Below are positions 1 to 8,352 of a stretch of DNA of 15,883 nucleotides, in pieces (position 1 is the first letter of the stretch; each line of letters opens with the position of its first letter). The notes beneath the pieces were generated by a model. The model had not been told where the DNA came from. It was given only the letters and a program-made list of their open reading frames with translations, and searched no databases. The stretch is taken from contig CAZYCQ010000063.1 in assembly GCA_964645535.1 (NCBI GenBank), forward strand, positions 1 to 15,883. Reading direction: 5' to 3'. This stretch comes from an uncultured archaeon (lineage in GTDB: Archaea > Asgardarchaeota > Heimdallarchaeia > Heimdallarchaeales > Kariarchaeaceae). The position numbers and the translations under genes were made by a program.

Positions 1-17
1 CTTTCGAATTCACTCTT

Positions 18-962
18 ATGGGATATGTCCTGACGTTTGAAAATGGGAAACCGTTGGATATTCATGAGCTGATTGACGTTCGGGATTTTGACTATTCAAA
101 CCTTCAATGGATCTCTTATGTCAGGACAGAAACCATTGTGGAAAAATTGCCTGAATTTATCCAAAAATCCCGAAGATTTACTGAAGATCTATTAGAAGAT
201 CAACGGCCCCGTTTCCAAGATTATTCATCCTTGGCACCTGGTAAGGATCGGTTTAAGGTTGCGATTTTCAAGTTCATTACTCGTTCGATTTTTGAAACTG
301 ACGAATTTGAACTCCAACTTTCCATTCTTCTTACCGAAGAAACAATAATTACCATTACAAACAAAGAAACGCCTGTCCTCCTCGATATTATGAGCAAAAT
401 CCGTCTTCGAAATGAGAGCATGAACAGAAACCGTATTCTTAGTTTAATATTGGACGAACTTGTAGAGGAAGGTATTGAAATCATTGAACGTCTTGAAAAC
501 GAATTGGAATTAATGGAAAAAAGACAACTGTCATGGGATTTTGACCCAAATTGGCTTCCGCGCTTGACGGATCTCAAGGGAAGGGTGTATACTGCTAACC
601 GAAGTGTTAGAGCGGATGTTGAGGTAATTCGGGATATGCAGAAAGATATCGAATTACGGAACACATCTTTTGAGCATACTGAGGATCGATTGTTATTTCT
701 GCTAGACCTTCTTGATTTCCAACGAGATAACATGAACAATATTGTCAACCTACATCTTACTTTATCCAGTCAAAAAAGAGCAGAGGCAATGGATCGGTTG
801 ACTATCATCGGTTCACTCTTGGTCATTCCCACAGTGATAGCAGGATTGTTTGGAATGAATGTTCCTTTGCCGCCTCTGGATTTTTATGATATTCTTTGGT
901 TGACTCTGGCCTTAATGGTTGTCACAGCATTTGGGATAAGATTAATCTTACCAAAGGTTTGA
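18..962 (+). CDS. corA: CorA-family divalent cation (Mg2+/Co2+) transporter
   Basis: 314 aa. Large soluble N-terminal domain with long acidic helices, then two C-terminal TM helices. The GMN signature ends TM1 (LTIIGSLLVIPTVIAGLFGMNV). Confidence 0.93.
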   Translation: MGYVLTFENGKPLDIHELIDVRDFDYSNLQWISYVRTETIVEKLPEFIQKSRRFTEDLLEDQRPRFQDYSSLAPGKDRFKVAIFKFITRSIFETDEFELQLSILLTEETIITITNKETPVLLDIMSKIRLRNESMNRNRILSLILDELVEEGIEIIERLENELELMEKRQLSWDFDPNWLPRLTDLKGRVYTANRSVRADVEVIRDMQKDIELRNTSFEHTEDRLLFLLDLLDFQRDNMNNIVNLHLTLSSQKRAEAMDRLTIIGSLLVIPTVIAGLFGMNVPLPPLDFYDILWLTLALMVVTAFGIRLILPKV

Positions 963-969
963 ACTGATG

Positions 970-996
970 CTCAATTTTTCGAATTTCGAAAATGAG
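970..996. terminator. Inverted repeat between convergent genes (possible terminator)
   Basis: ctca-at-ttttcgaa-t-ttcgaaaa-tgag, with perfect 8-bp arms at 976-983 and 985-992. It lies just after the corA stop and just beyond the stop of the small minus-strand ORF. Confidence 0.3.
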
Positions 997-1005
997 ATGG
1001 CTTTT

Positions 1006-1155
1006 TCAAGGCTCTTCTTTTATTCTTTGTAATATTGGGATATTACTCTTATCTTCTTCAACAAATGGTAAACTCCATCTTGAATTTGGGTCTGATGGGG
1101 CTGAAACTGCTATTTTTTTCGTTTCATTGATCTTTTCGAGAGCTTTATCGTCCAT
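1006..1155 (-). CDS. Putative small hydrophilic protein (49 aa), not in ORF track
   Basis: Manual translation: MDDKALEKINETKKIAVSAPSDPNSRWSLPFVEEDKSNIPILQRIKEEP*. ATG start, fills an otherwise empty 235-bp gap, E/K-rich composition like neighbouring genes. No recognisable motif. Confidence 0.5.
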   Translation of the reverse strand: MDDKALEKINETKKIAVSAPSDPNSRWSLPFVEEDKSNIPILQRIKEEP

Positions 1156-1196
1156 CAGAATAGTTTAAGTAGTCAGTAGTCGTAAAACGACTTGCC

Positions 1197-1511
1197 TTGT
1201 CCTCCGAAATTCATACCTATCGAGAAAGAATTGCATCAAAACTTTCCGATTATGATATTTACAATGAGGTTCTCATTAATATTTTGCAGCTACGTGCATC
1301 GTTGGAGGACAAAATTGACTTAATTACCCAAGCGATGCCAAATTTGCAAAAAGCTTTGACGCATCTGCATTATTGCTACCAAAATGGATTGCTTTCTGAT
1401 CATGATTATAGGATTGTACTTAATCAAGTTCTTCTCCGAAAAACTCTGAAATCCGAAAAAATGGCAAAAAAAATTGGATTGTATCAATCAGGGACTAATA
1501 ACATCAAATGA
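1197..1511 (+). CDS. Hypothetical alpha-helical protein (SHOCT/steadiness-box-like hairpin)
   Basis: 104 aa, TTG start, TATA-like tttaagta at 1164-1171. Amphipathic helices. The segment LHYCYQNGLLSDHDY fits an L-x3-(Y/L)-x2-G-x-(I/L)-(S/T)-x2-(D/E)-(Y/F) hairpin pattern. Confidence 0.6.
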   Translation: MSSEIHTYRERIASKLSDYDIYNEVLINILQLRASLEDKIDLITQAMPNLQKALTHLHYCYQNGLLSDHDYRIVLNQVLLRKTLKSEKMAKKIGLYQSGTNNIK

Positions 1512-2433
1512 ATTGTTTTGCTTCTTCAATTCCTTTTTTGACATGTTCGAAAGAGACCTTGAGTGCTTCTTTTTCTTTTGGATCAAGATCGATCTCCAAG
1601 ACTTCTTCAACACCATTCTTCCCAAGAATTGCAGGAACGCCTGCGTAAATGTCACTAAAACCATACTGTCCATCAAGATAGGCGACGGTAGGCAGGACTC
1701 TTCTTTGATTTCTAAGAATGGCTTCCACCATTTCAGCCGCAGCCATTCCTGGTGCATAATACCCTGAATAACCAAGAATGTTGACAATTTCTCCTCCGCC
1801 TTTCCGTGTCCTTTCAACGATTTTCTCAAGCTGTTCATCTGAGAGGAAATGTTGTACCGGCACCCCTCCAACAGTGGTTTTGCTTACCAAGGGTACCATA
1901 GAATCTCCATGTCCTCCAAGTACCATTGCTGAAATGTCTTTGACTGATACATTTGCCTCCATGGAAATAAATGTTCTATACCTAGCTGTATCCAAGACCC
2001 CTGCCATTCCGAAAACTCTATTGGTCGGGAATCCACTGATTTTCCATGATGCATAAGTAAGGACATCAACTGGATTTGCAATATAAAGGATCATTGCATC
2101 AGGAGCATATTCAACTATATTGTTTGTGACTGATTTGCAAATGTTAAGATTTACTTTAAGAAGATCCATCCGATCCATTCCTGGTTTTCTGGGTGAACCT
2201 GCTGGAACTACGACGATATCTGCCCCTGCAATAATGCTTGGATCTGTTGACCCTTCAATTACTGTATCAACTCCAATCACTGGGGTTGCTTCGTACATAT
2301 CGAGGCCTTTACCTTTTGCGACTCCCTCAATGATGTCATTGAGGACTATTTTATTTGCAACTTCTTTAGTTGCGAGACCGAAGGCGACGATTTCGCCAAC
2401 CTTTCCGGCACCAATGACTGCTACTTTGCTCAT
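1504..2433 (-). CDS. mdh: Malate dehydrogenase (LDH-like MDH, NAD-dependent)
   Basis: Rossmann motif KVAVIGAGKVG, Arg-containing substrate loop AGSPRKPGMDRMDLL, NPVD, LDTAR and catalytic GGHGD. Start reassigned to ATG 2433 (MSKVAV), which is preceded by an SD (aaaaggtgataca-ATG). 309 aa. Confidence 0.96.
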   Translation of the reverse strand: MSKVAVIGAGKVGEIVAFGLATKEVANKIVLNDIIEGVAKGKGLDMYEATPVIGVDTVIEGSTDPSIIAGADIVVVPAGSPRKPGMDRMDLLKVNLNICKSVTNNIVEYAPDAMILYIANPVDVLTYASWKISGFPTNRVFGMAGVLDTARYRTFISMEANVSVKDISAMVLGGHGDSMVPLVSKTTVGGVPVQHFLSDEQLEKIVERTRKGGGEIVNILGYSGYYAPGMAAAEMVEAILRNQRRVLPTVAYLDGQYGFSDIYAGVPAILGKNGVEEVLEIDLDPKEKEALKVSFEHVKKGIEEAKQFI

Positions 2434-2437
2434 TGTA

Positions 2438-2443
2438 TCACCT
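2438..2443 (-). promoter_or_regulatory. Shine-Dalgarno (AGGTGA) of mdh
   Basis: Plus-strand tcacct reads AGGTGA on the minus strand, 4 nt upstream of ATG 2433. This is the typical archaeal GGTGA SD. Confidence 0.7.
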
Positions 2444-2659
2444 TTTTGGTTGGATGAACATGCAATCGACGGGAATAAAATGTTCTGTTTCTTATTTGGA
2501 TTAATGATTATAATTCCCAAAAAATGTCCATTAATAGTGCAATAATACGAAGAGCTCTTCTTCAACAAGATTCATTGCATGCAATAACTATGATATTCTG
2601 CAATTTTGGAATTCCACCAATTTCCATAGGTTTATTAAACCCGCTGAGATTGTTCTGGT

Positions 2660-3733
2660 GTGAGTCTTCGTCCATTTTTGTTCTTATTTGCTTCCTTCCT
2701 TCTTGTTTCCCACATTCTCTATCCTACCCTTGCAATTACAAAGCAGGAAAGTGTTGAAAAGTTTCTTGAAACTGTAAGAATCAACGACAAAGGGTTTGCA
2801 AATGTCCCTGGTGGAGAAGTAACAATCTCCCACACATCTATGGCACTCCAGATTTCCAATTACCTTGGTTTTGAGGTAAACAATACGCTTGACATTTTAC
2901 TTTTCTTCCAGGAATCGCAAAATGAAGATGGAGGCTTTGGCTCAAAACCATTCACCAATTCCTCCTGGGATGAAACCTATCATGCCATAAAGGGTTTGGC
3001 TCTGTTGGATCTCAATTCTTCCAAACTTGCAGAGTGGAACATCTACAATTATGTTAACACGACTGCAACAGCTGTCCTGTACGAAGAAAAAATCAATGGA
3101 AACGAAACAGCTCTAGTTCCACGAGAACTTACTGTCGGATTGATCTGGAAATGGATCCAGTTTATTGAAATGACGATTGGGATTGGGGTTGTTCCTGCCC
3201 TACCTTTTCAAAGCTTGACCCAATGGTTAACTGACATGCAATTCAATAACGGTTCCTATATTGACTTGAAGACCGCAATCTTTTCGAATATTCTTCTTTC
3301 AATGCTTGGGCGATCCCCTCGTGATTTGGAATTGGCAAGCAAATATATTCGGGCTCATCAAACCAGCAATGGCGCCTTTGCATGGGACGAAAATGGATCT
3401 GCTACCTTGAATGCCACTTATTACGCAATATTGGCACTTGACAATATGGGACAGATTGGGAAACTTGAGTACAAGGAATCGATCGTGAATTTTATCATCA
3501 ACTTGCAAAAACCGAGAAGCGGATTTGGAGAAGTTGGCAAAGAGGCCAATGTGGAAGATACTTTGAAGGCTATTGAAATTTTACGCATTCTTGATAAGAT
3601 ATCGGAATTAATCGCACCTGAAGTGTTGTTGACTGAAGGTTTTGTTTCCTTCCAAATATCTCCTCTATTTCTGGCAATGGGTTTTCTTGTGATGTTTAAA
3701 TTCCATCGGAAATTCCCGAAGAATAGTAAATGA
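2660..3733 (+). CDS. Secreted, C-terminally anchored prenyltransferase/squalene-oxidase-repeat (alpha/alpha toroid) protein
   Basis: N-terminal signal peptide. Repeats QNEDGGFG, QFNNGSY, QTSNGAFAW and LQKPRSGFG, most followed by TYxAI-type helices. C-terminal hydrophobic helix plus basic tail. GTG start with TATA-like tttattaa at 2631-2638. Confidence 0.8.
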   Translation: MSLRPFLFLFASFLLVSHILYPTLAITKQESVEKFLETVRINDKGFANVPGGEVTISHTSMALQISNYLGFEVNNTLDILLFFQESQNEDGGFGSKPFTNSSWDETYHAIKGLALLDLNSSKLAEWNIYNYVNTTATAVLYEEKINGNETALVPRELTVGLIWKWIQFIEMTIGIGVVPALPFQSLTQWLTDMQFNNGSYIDLKTAIFSNILLSMLGRSPRDLELASKYIRAHQTSNGAFAWDENGSATLNATYYAILALDNMGQIGKLEYKESIVNFIINLQKPRSGFGEVGKEANVEDTLKAIEILRILDKISELIAPEVLLTEGFVSFQISPLFLAMGFLVMFKFHRKFPKNSK

Positions 3734-3842
3734 CAAAAATAACAAGCAAAACAATCAGGAATTTCACGATTGCCTGTTTTTGCTCTTGTGCACGGATTTC
3801 TGTTTCAGAAGGTTCTTGTGGTTGTGTATCAACTTCTGCCAT
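3696..3842 (-). CDS. Putative single-pass membrane microprotein (48 aa), not in ORF track
   Basis: Manual translation: MAEVDTQPQEPSETEIRAQEQKQAIVKFLIVLLVIFVIYYSSGISDGI*. Acidic N-terminus, one clean TM helix and a short tail. Convergent 38-nt overlap with the 3' end of the 2660-3733 gene. Confidence 0.65.
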   Translation of the reverse strand: MAEVDTQPQEPSETEIRAQEQKQAIVKFLIVLLVIFVIYYSSGISDGI

Positions 3843-3938
3843 AATTGAAATCTTATTTTCCCCTAAAAAAAGCTGTCAGTTTGCCCACAAATGTTTGCGG
3901 TTCTGTCCGATATCACATTCAATTGCGTCTTCCATTAC

Positions 3939-3948
3939 TATTATAATA
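3939..3948. promoter_or_regulatory. Palindromic TATA-like element upstream of helicase
   Basis: tattataata is a perfect 10-bp palindrome ending 26 nt before ATG 3975, the spacing expected for a leaderless archaeal transcript. Confidence 0.5.
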
Positions 3949-3974
3949 CGAAAGACCCATTGAGCATTGTCATC

Positions 3975-5378
3975 ATGGAACTAAAACCAAGGGAATACCA
4001 GAAAAAAATCCTCAATTTGGTGCTGGAAAATGAACAGTCCGGATATAATTCAATAATCGAGCTGGATTGCGGTGCAGGTAAAAGGTTCCTACAACATCAG
4101 ATAGTGTCCGAGGTATTTCCCGACAAAAAAATCATCATGATCATGCAAGCTTCAACCAGTCTCTATGAAACCTTCAGGTTTTTCAGAGAAGTCTACAATT
4201 TCAGAGATGTTGAACTTATCGACAGTAGAAAACCGTCTAGCTACAGAAAGCATATTCTGGAAACAAGCAGGGTTGTTATTACTTTACCTCAAACACTCTA
4301 TAATTCCATTTCAAAGCATCCTTTAATTCTGAAGCAATTTGATATAATCATCATAAATGAAATTGATCAAATAGTTAGGAGAACTGGTCTGGGAAGTTCA
4401 ATCAAGCAACCTTATATCAAACTTTTGCCTCTATTCCAACATGCTCGAATAATTGGAATGTCTGGGACACTGCGGGATGATCACTATGTTCTGGATTCTG
4501 CCCAAATGAAAATAAAAAGGGAGCTGGAATCTCTTCAAGAACATATTCCCCACAGCCAATTGATCTCCATGGATGAATTGGTTGAAGATACTGATTTTCA
4601 AGAATATGTAAACACCACAAAACTGGTTTTGACTGGTGTTCGCGATGATTCAATTTCCTCCTTGACCATGGAACTTGAGGCTCATATTGAAGAGATAAAA
4701 AATTCAATCATTGAAGATCTTGCAGACAGCAATTTACAAAATCGCGCCAAGGAGGACATTCAACTCCTATTGTCGGGAACTTTAAATGTGGATGAACAAA
4801 AACAAAAGAAGTTTTCACAAGGATTTCTGGTCAGAAAATACTTATGGGCATTGCCTGGAGAGGACGCGAAAATTCATCTGTTCCGATATGGTTTAGATCC
4901 AAAATGGGTAAATCAAACTATTAGGGCAATGCCTGCCAAATTCAGAGCCATTGAACAAATTGTTGAAACTTCGAAAAAAACAGTCATTCTTTGTTCTTTT
5001 CTTGCGACCTGTGATTTTTTAGAACAGATGTTCCGGGTAAAAGGAGTGGAAACGGTTAAAATAACAGGAAAAGTAAATCAACACCAAAGAGACGATTTTC
5101 TCCAGCAGTATCGGAAGACTGACCGAAAAATGGTGGCGATAATTTCAAATGTCGGTGAAAGAGATCTAGACCTTCCTGAAGCGGATTCTTTAATTATCTT
5201 TGATGTAATTCGCACCACAAAGACAGTTTATCAAAAATTGAAACGAATCCGTGGAGGAACATGCCGTATACTTTACTATGCTGGGACTTCCGAAGAAAGG
5301 AAGGCAAGACAAGTTGCCAACTCGATCCTTTCAAGATATCCATGGTCAATCAAACTTGAGTATATTGAAACCCTCTAA
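3975..5378 (+). CDS. SF2 DEAD/DEAH-type helicase-like protein (Hef/FANCM/Mph1-like) with degenerate motifs
   Basis: Q-motif PREYQ, motif I LDCGAGKR, Ib TLPQTL, II IINEID, III GMSGT, V NVGERDLDLPEAD, VI YQKLKRIRG. Two RecA-like domains with a helical insert. Start reassigned to ATG 3975 (MELKPREYQ), 467 aa. No ERCC4 nuclease domain. Confidence 0.85.
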   Translation: MELKPREYQKKILNLVLENEQSGYNSIIELDCGAGKRFLQHQIVSEVFPDKKIIMIMQASTSLYETFRFFREVYNFRDVELIDSRKPSSYRKHILETSRVVITLPQTLYNSISKHPLILKQFDIIIINEIDQIVRRTGLGSSIKQPYIKLLPLFQHARIIGMSGTLRDDHYVLDSAQMKIKRELESLQEHIPHSQLISMDELVEDTDFQEYVNTTKLVLTGVRDDSISSLTMELEAHIEEIKNSIIEDLADSNLQNRAKEDIQLLLSGTLNVDEQKQKKFSQGFLVRKYLWALPGEDAKIHLFRYGLDPKWVNQTIRAMPAKFRAIEQIVETSKKTVILCSFLATCDFLEQMFRVKGVETVKITGKVNQHQRDDFLQQYRKTDRKMVAIISNVGERDLDLPEADSLIIFDVIRTTKTVYQKLKRIRGGTCRILYYAGTSEERKARQVANSILSRYPWSIKLEYIETL

Positions 5379-5455
5379 AATTTTAAGGTAAAAGATCTAA
5401 AACATGAAAAAAGAAATTTTAAACCTTTATAGGAATGCCAGATTGATTAGTTCCT

Positions 5456-6472
5456 TTGACTGCAAATGAAGATTTTGGGAATTCTTGGTTCATTACGGGT
5501 GCAACTGGACTTGTGGGAAGTTCTATCGCCAAGGAGTTGCGAAATGAGGACATTCCGGTTGTTGGCTTAGTTCGTCCTTCTAGTTCCAAAGAAATGAAAG
5601 ATCACTTACGATCATTAGGAATAACGCTTGTAGAGGGAGACCTATTGGATTCAAGTTCATATGAAGAACATCTCAAAGGTATCAAGGGTGTAATCCATGC
5701 AGCTGCCCTTATAGAACCATTTGACCAAAGAGATTTACATTTTCGCATCAATGCCGATGGAACAAAATACCTTCTTGATGCAATGGAAAAAAATAATATC
5801 TCGCGCCTGATCTTCATTTCCACTTGCGGTGTTTATGGAACAAGATCTCTTCAACCAATAACCGAAGATTTCCCTACCAATCCCAAAAGCGCTTACTCCA
5901 AATCAAAACTGTTGGCAGAGAATCATATTTTGAAAAGATCATCGATCAGTGCCACTATTGTTCGCTGTCCTTTCATTATTGGGCCAAATGATAGACGTTT
6001 TATCCCAACTTTAGTGAAACGGCTACCAAAGAAATTTTTTCCTAGACCATTTGGACCGGAAGCAAAAAATGCCATTCTGCATGTTCGTGACCTTAACAAT
6101 TTCATTTTATTGGCCGCTGCCCGAGATCGGACTCCACATGTCATTTATAATCTTCAATCTACTGAGCTTTCATTTTCAGAGATCGCTTCGGCGGTTTATA
6201 GGGGAATGGGAATAGAACCGAAAACCATTCCCATCCCTAGTTTCATTTTCGAAATCATAGGGTCTATTGGCAACACTTTCCAATGGCTTATCCGAAGGGA
6301 AAAATCCTTCAAAAGGAGAATGCAACTGATGACGAAGAATTGGATATTTTCAACAGAAAGGGCACAATCAGATCTCGGATGGCAACCTGAAATCAATGCA
6401 GATTATCTTATCGAAAAAATTGAACGATTAACAAGGAGTTATGTGGAAAGAACAAATTATCTCCAAAATTGA
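5456..6472 (+). CDS. Extended SDR: NAD(P)-dependent epimerase/dehydratase (3-beta-HSD-like)
   Basis: TGATGLVG, HAAA, N-x-x-GT, FISTCGVYG and catalytic YSKSK (YxxxK). TTG start. Confidence 0.9.
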   Translation: MTANEDFGNSWFITGATGLVGSSIAKELRNEDIPVVGLVRPSSSKEMKDHLRSLGITLVEGDLLDSSSYEEHLKGIKGVIHAAALIEPFDQRDLHFRINADGTKYLLDAMEKNNISRLIFISTCGVYGTRSLQPITEDFPTNPKSAYSKSKLLAENHILKRSSISATIVRCPFIIGPNDRRFIPTLVKRLPKKFFPRPFGPEAKNAILHVRDLNNFILLAAARDRTPHVIYNLQSTELSFSEIASAVYRGMGIEPKTIPIPSFIFEIIGSIGNTFQWLIRREKSFKRRMQLMTKNWIFSTERAQSDLGWQPEINADYLIEKIERLTRSYVERTNYLQN

Positions 6473-6537
6473 AGATTCTTTGGAAGAAGCCCGTTAATTA
6501 TATTAATTATTAAATAATGCAACAATAGATTCACCAC

Positions 6538-7773
6538 ATGGAAAAAATCAAGGTAGAGAATCCTGTGGTCGAACTTGATGGAGATGAGATGACCCGAGTC
6601 ATTTGGAAATGGATCAAAGACAAGCTCATTCTTCCGTATTTGGACATTGAATTGATATATTATGATCTTGGGATTGAAAACCGTGACAAAACTGATGATC
6701 AAGTCACTATAGAGGCCGCAAACGCAATCAAGAAATACAATGTTGGTGTCAAATGTGCAACCATCACTCCTGACGAAGCAAGGGTGAAGGAATTCAATCT
6801 GAAGAAAATGTGGAAGAGTCCCAACGGTACAATTCGTAATATCCTTGGTGGAACCGTTTTTCGGGCTCCCATTATCTGCAAGAATATTCCGCGACTCGTT
6901 CCTGCTTGGCAGAAACCCATCATCGTAGGAAGGCATGCGCATGCTGACCAATATAAAGCGACCGACGTCAGAATCCCTGGAAAAGGTCACCTGAAATTGG
7001 TCTTCGAGGGTGAAGATGGTTCAACACAGGAATGGGGTGTTGCTGATTTCCCTGAGAATGGTGGAGTTGCAATGGGGATGTTCAACTTTGACAACAGCAT
7101 CCGAGATTTTGCACGGGCGTGCTTCCAAGTCGGTCTCAACGAAAACTATTCCGTATATTTCTCCACTAAAAACACCATCTTGAAAACCTATGATGGAAGA
7201 TTCAAGGACATATTTGAAGAAGTCTACACCAATGAATTCAAAGAAGAGTTCGAAAAGAGAGGTCTTACTTATGAACACAGACTAATTGATGACATGGTTG
7301 CCCAAGTCTTGAAATGGGAAGGTGGATTTGTATGGGCACTAAAGAACTATGATGGTGATGTTCAATCCGATACTATTGCACAAGGGTTCGGATCTCTTGG
7401 CATGATGACTTCACAACTTGTTTGTCCTGATGGCAAGACATTGGAGGCAGAAGCTGCACACGGGACGGTCACCCGTCACTATCGACTCTGGCAAAAGGGA
7501 GAAGAAACAAGCACAAATCCGGTGGCTTCCATTTTTGCATGGACAATTGGACTTGCCCACCGTGGAAAGCTTGATGGAAACGAAGAATTGATCAAATTTG
7601 CCAAAACTCTTGAAAGAGCTTGTGTCGAGGCCATTGAAGATGGAAAAATGACCAAGGATCTCGCAAGAACAATATACAAAACCATGAACCCGCCAAGAGA
7701 GAGTTGGTTGACAACCATGGAATATCTTGATGAAGTTGAATCTAGGCTCCGTAAAGCTTTAGGTGCCAATTAA
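6538..7773 (+). CDS. icd: NADP-dependent isocitrate dehydrogenase, homodimeric subfamily II (IDH1/IDH2-like)
   Basis: [83 protein letters not shown] and [12 protein letters not shown]. Confidence 0.98.
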   Translation: MEKIKVENPVVELDGDEMTRVIWKWIKDKLILPYLDIELIYYDLGIENRDKTDDQVTIEAANAIKKYNVGVKCATITPDEARVKEFNLKKMWKSPNGTIRNILGGTVFRAPIICKNIPRLVPAWQKPIIVGRHAHADQYKATDVRIPGKGHLKLVFEGEDGSTQEWGVADFPENGGVAMGMFNFDNSIRDFARACFQVGLNENYSVYFSTKNTILKTYDGRFKDIFEEVYTNEFKEEFEKRGLTYEHRLIDDMVAQVLKWEGGFVWALKNYDGDVQSDTIAQGFGSLGMMTSQLVCPDGKTLEAEAAHGTVTRHYRLWQKGEETSTNPVASIFAWTIGLAHRGKLDGNEELIKFAKTLERACVEAIEDGKMTKDLARTIYKTMNPPRESWLTTMEYLDEVESRLRKALGAN

Positions 7774-7806
7774 TAGATTTTTAATTAGACCTTATCACCC
7801 AACACT

Positions 7807-8352
7807 ATGATAGAAATAGAGTTGAAATTTAGACTTGAAAATCCAATGGAGTTTATAAAAAGCATACTTGCAAATGGATACCACAAGACAGAAACAATTC
7901 ATCAAATTGATACCTACCTAAACTCTCCCTTCCATAATTTTCACAAAACGGATGAGGCACTGAGAATCCGAGAAACGGATAACCTAAAGGAACTTACCTA
8001 CAAGGGACCAAAAACCTCGAAAAAAAGCAAAATGAGGGAAGAAATATCTGTCTCCATTAATTCATCTACAGAAATGCTTTTGATTTTCAATCGCCTCGGA
8101 TTTGAAAAAGTAGCCCAAGTCAAAAAAACAAGGCAGGTTTTTGAAAAGGATGGAACCTTGGAAATAACTGTTGATGAAGTGGAGGGTCTTGGCTTTTTCT
8201 CGGAATTCGAAATAACCATTGAAGATGAAAAAGATAAAGAGGATCGAGAAGACTACTTGAGAATGATTTGCCAACAATTCGGTCTCAATCCTGACAATCA
8301 GATCAGAACTTCCTATCTTGAACTTTTGCTTTCTAAGGAAAGAAATCCATAA
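7807..8352 (+). CDS. cyaB: CYTH-domain protein (class IV adenylate cyclase CyaB-like / triphosphate tunnel metalloenzyme)
   Basis: N-terminal ExExK (EIELKF), QIDTY, ALRIR, LTYKGP, VKKTR, DEVEGLGFFSEFE and C-terminal SYLELL. Confidence 0.92.
   Translation: MIEIELKFRLENPMEFIKSILANGYHKTETIHQIDTYLNSPFHNFHKTDEALRIRETDNLKELTYKGPKTSKKSKMREEISVSINSSTEMLLIFNRLGFEKVAQVKKTRQVFEKDGTLEITVDEVEGLGFFSEFEITIEDEKDKEDREDYLRMICQQFGLNPDNQIRTSYLELLLSKERNP

Noticed and set aside
1504-2433. L-lactate dehydrogenase
   Set aside because: The specificity position is Arg (PRKPG), diagnostic of MDH, not Gln.
2434-2568. 45-aa N-terminal extension of Mdh in the ORF track
   Set aside because: The Rossmann fold begins right after ATG 2433, which has a good AGGTGA SD. 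The extension looks like translated intergenic DNA.
3730-3963. 77-aa Cys-rich plus-strand ORF
   Set aside because: It is the antisense shadow of the more protein-like 48-aa TM ORF and runs through the promoter region.
3891-3974. 28-aa N-terminal extension of the helicase
   Set aside because: It spans the TATA-like element, and homology begins at MELKPREYQ (3975).
2660-6472. Sterol/hopanoid pathway cluster (QW-repeat protein plus 3-beta-HSD-like SDR)
   Set aside because: The repeat protein is short, secreted and lacks DxDD/DCTAE motifs. Extended SDRs are functionally diverse, and no squalene synthase or epoxidase is present.
6493-6520. AT-rich taatta-tat-taatta symmetry upstream of icd
   Set aside because: It probably just contains the promoter TATA box, and symmetry in a pure A/T tract is expected by chance.
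7807-8352. Assertion of cAMP signalling from the CyaB-like gene
   Set aside because: CYTH proteins are widespread in archaea and many are triphosphatases, so activity cannot be assigned from sequence.
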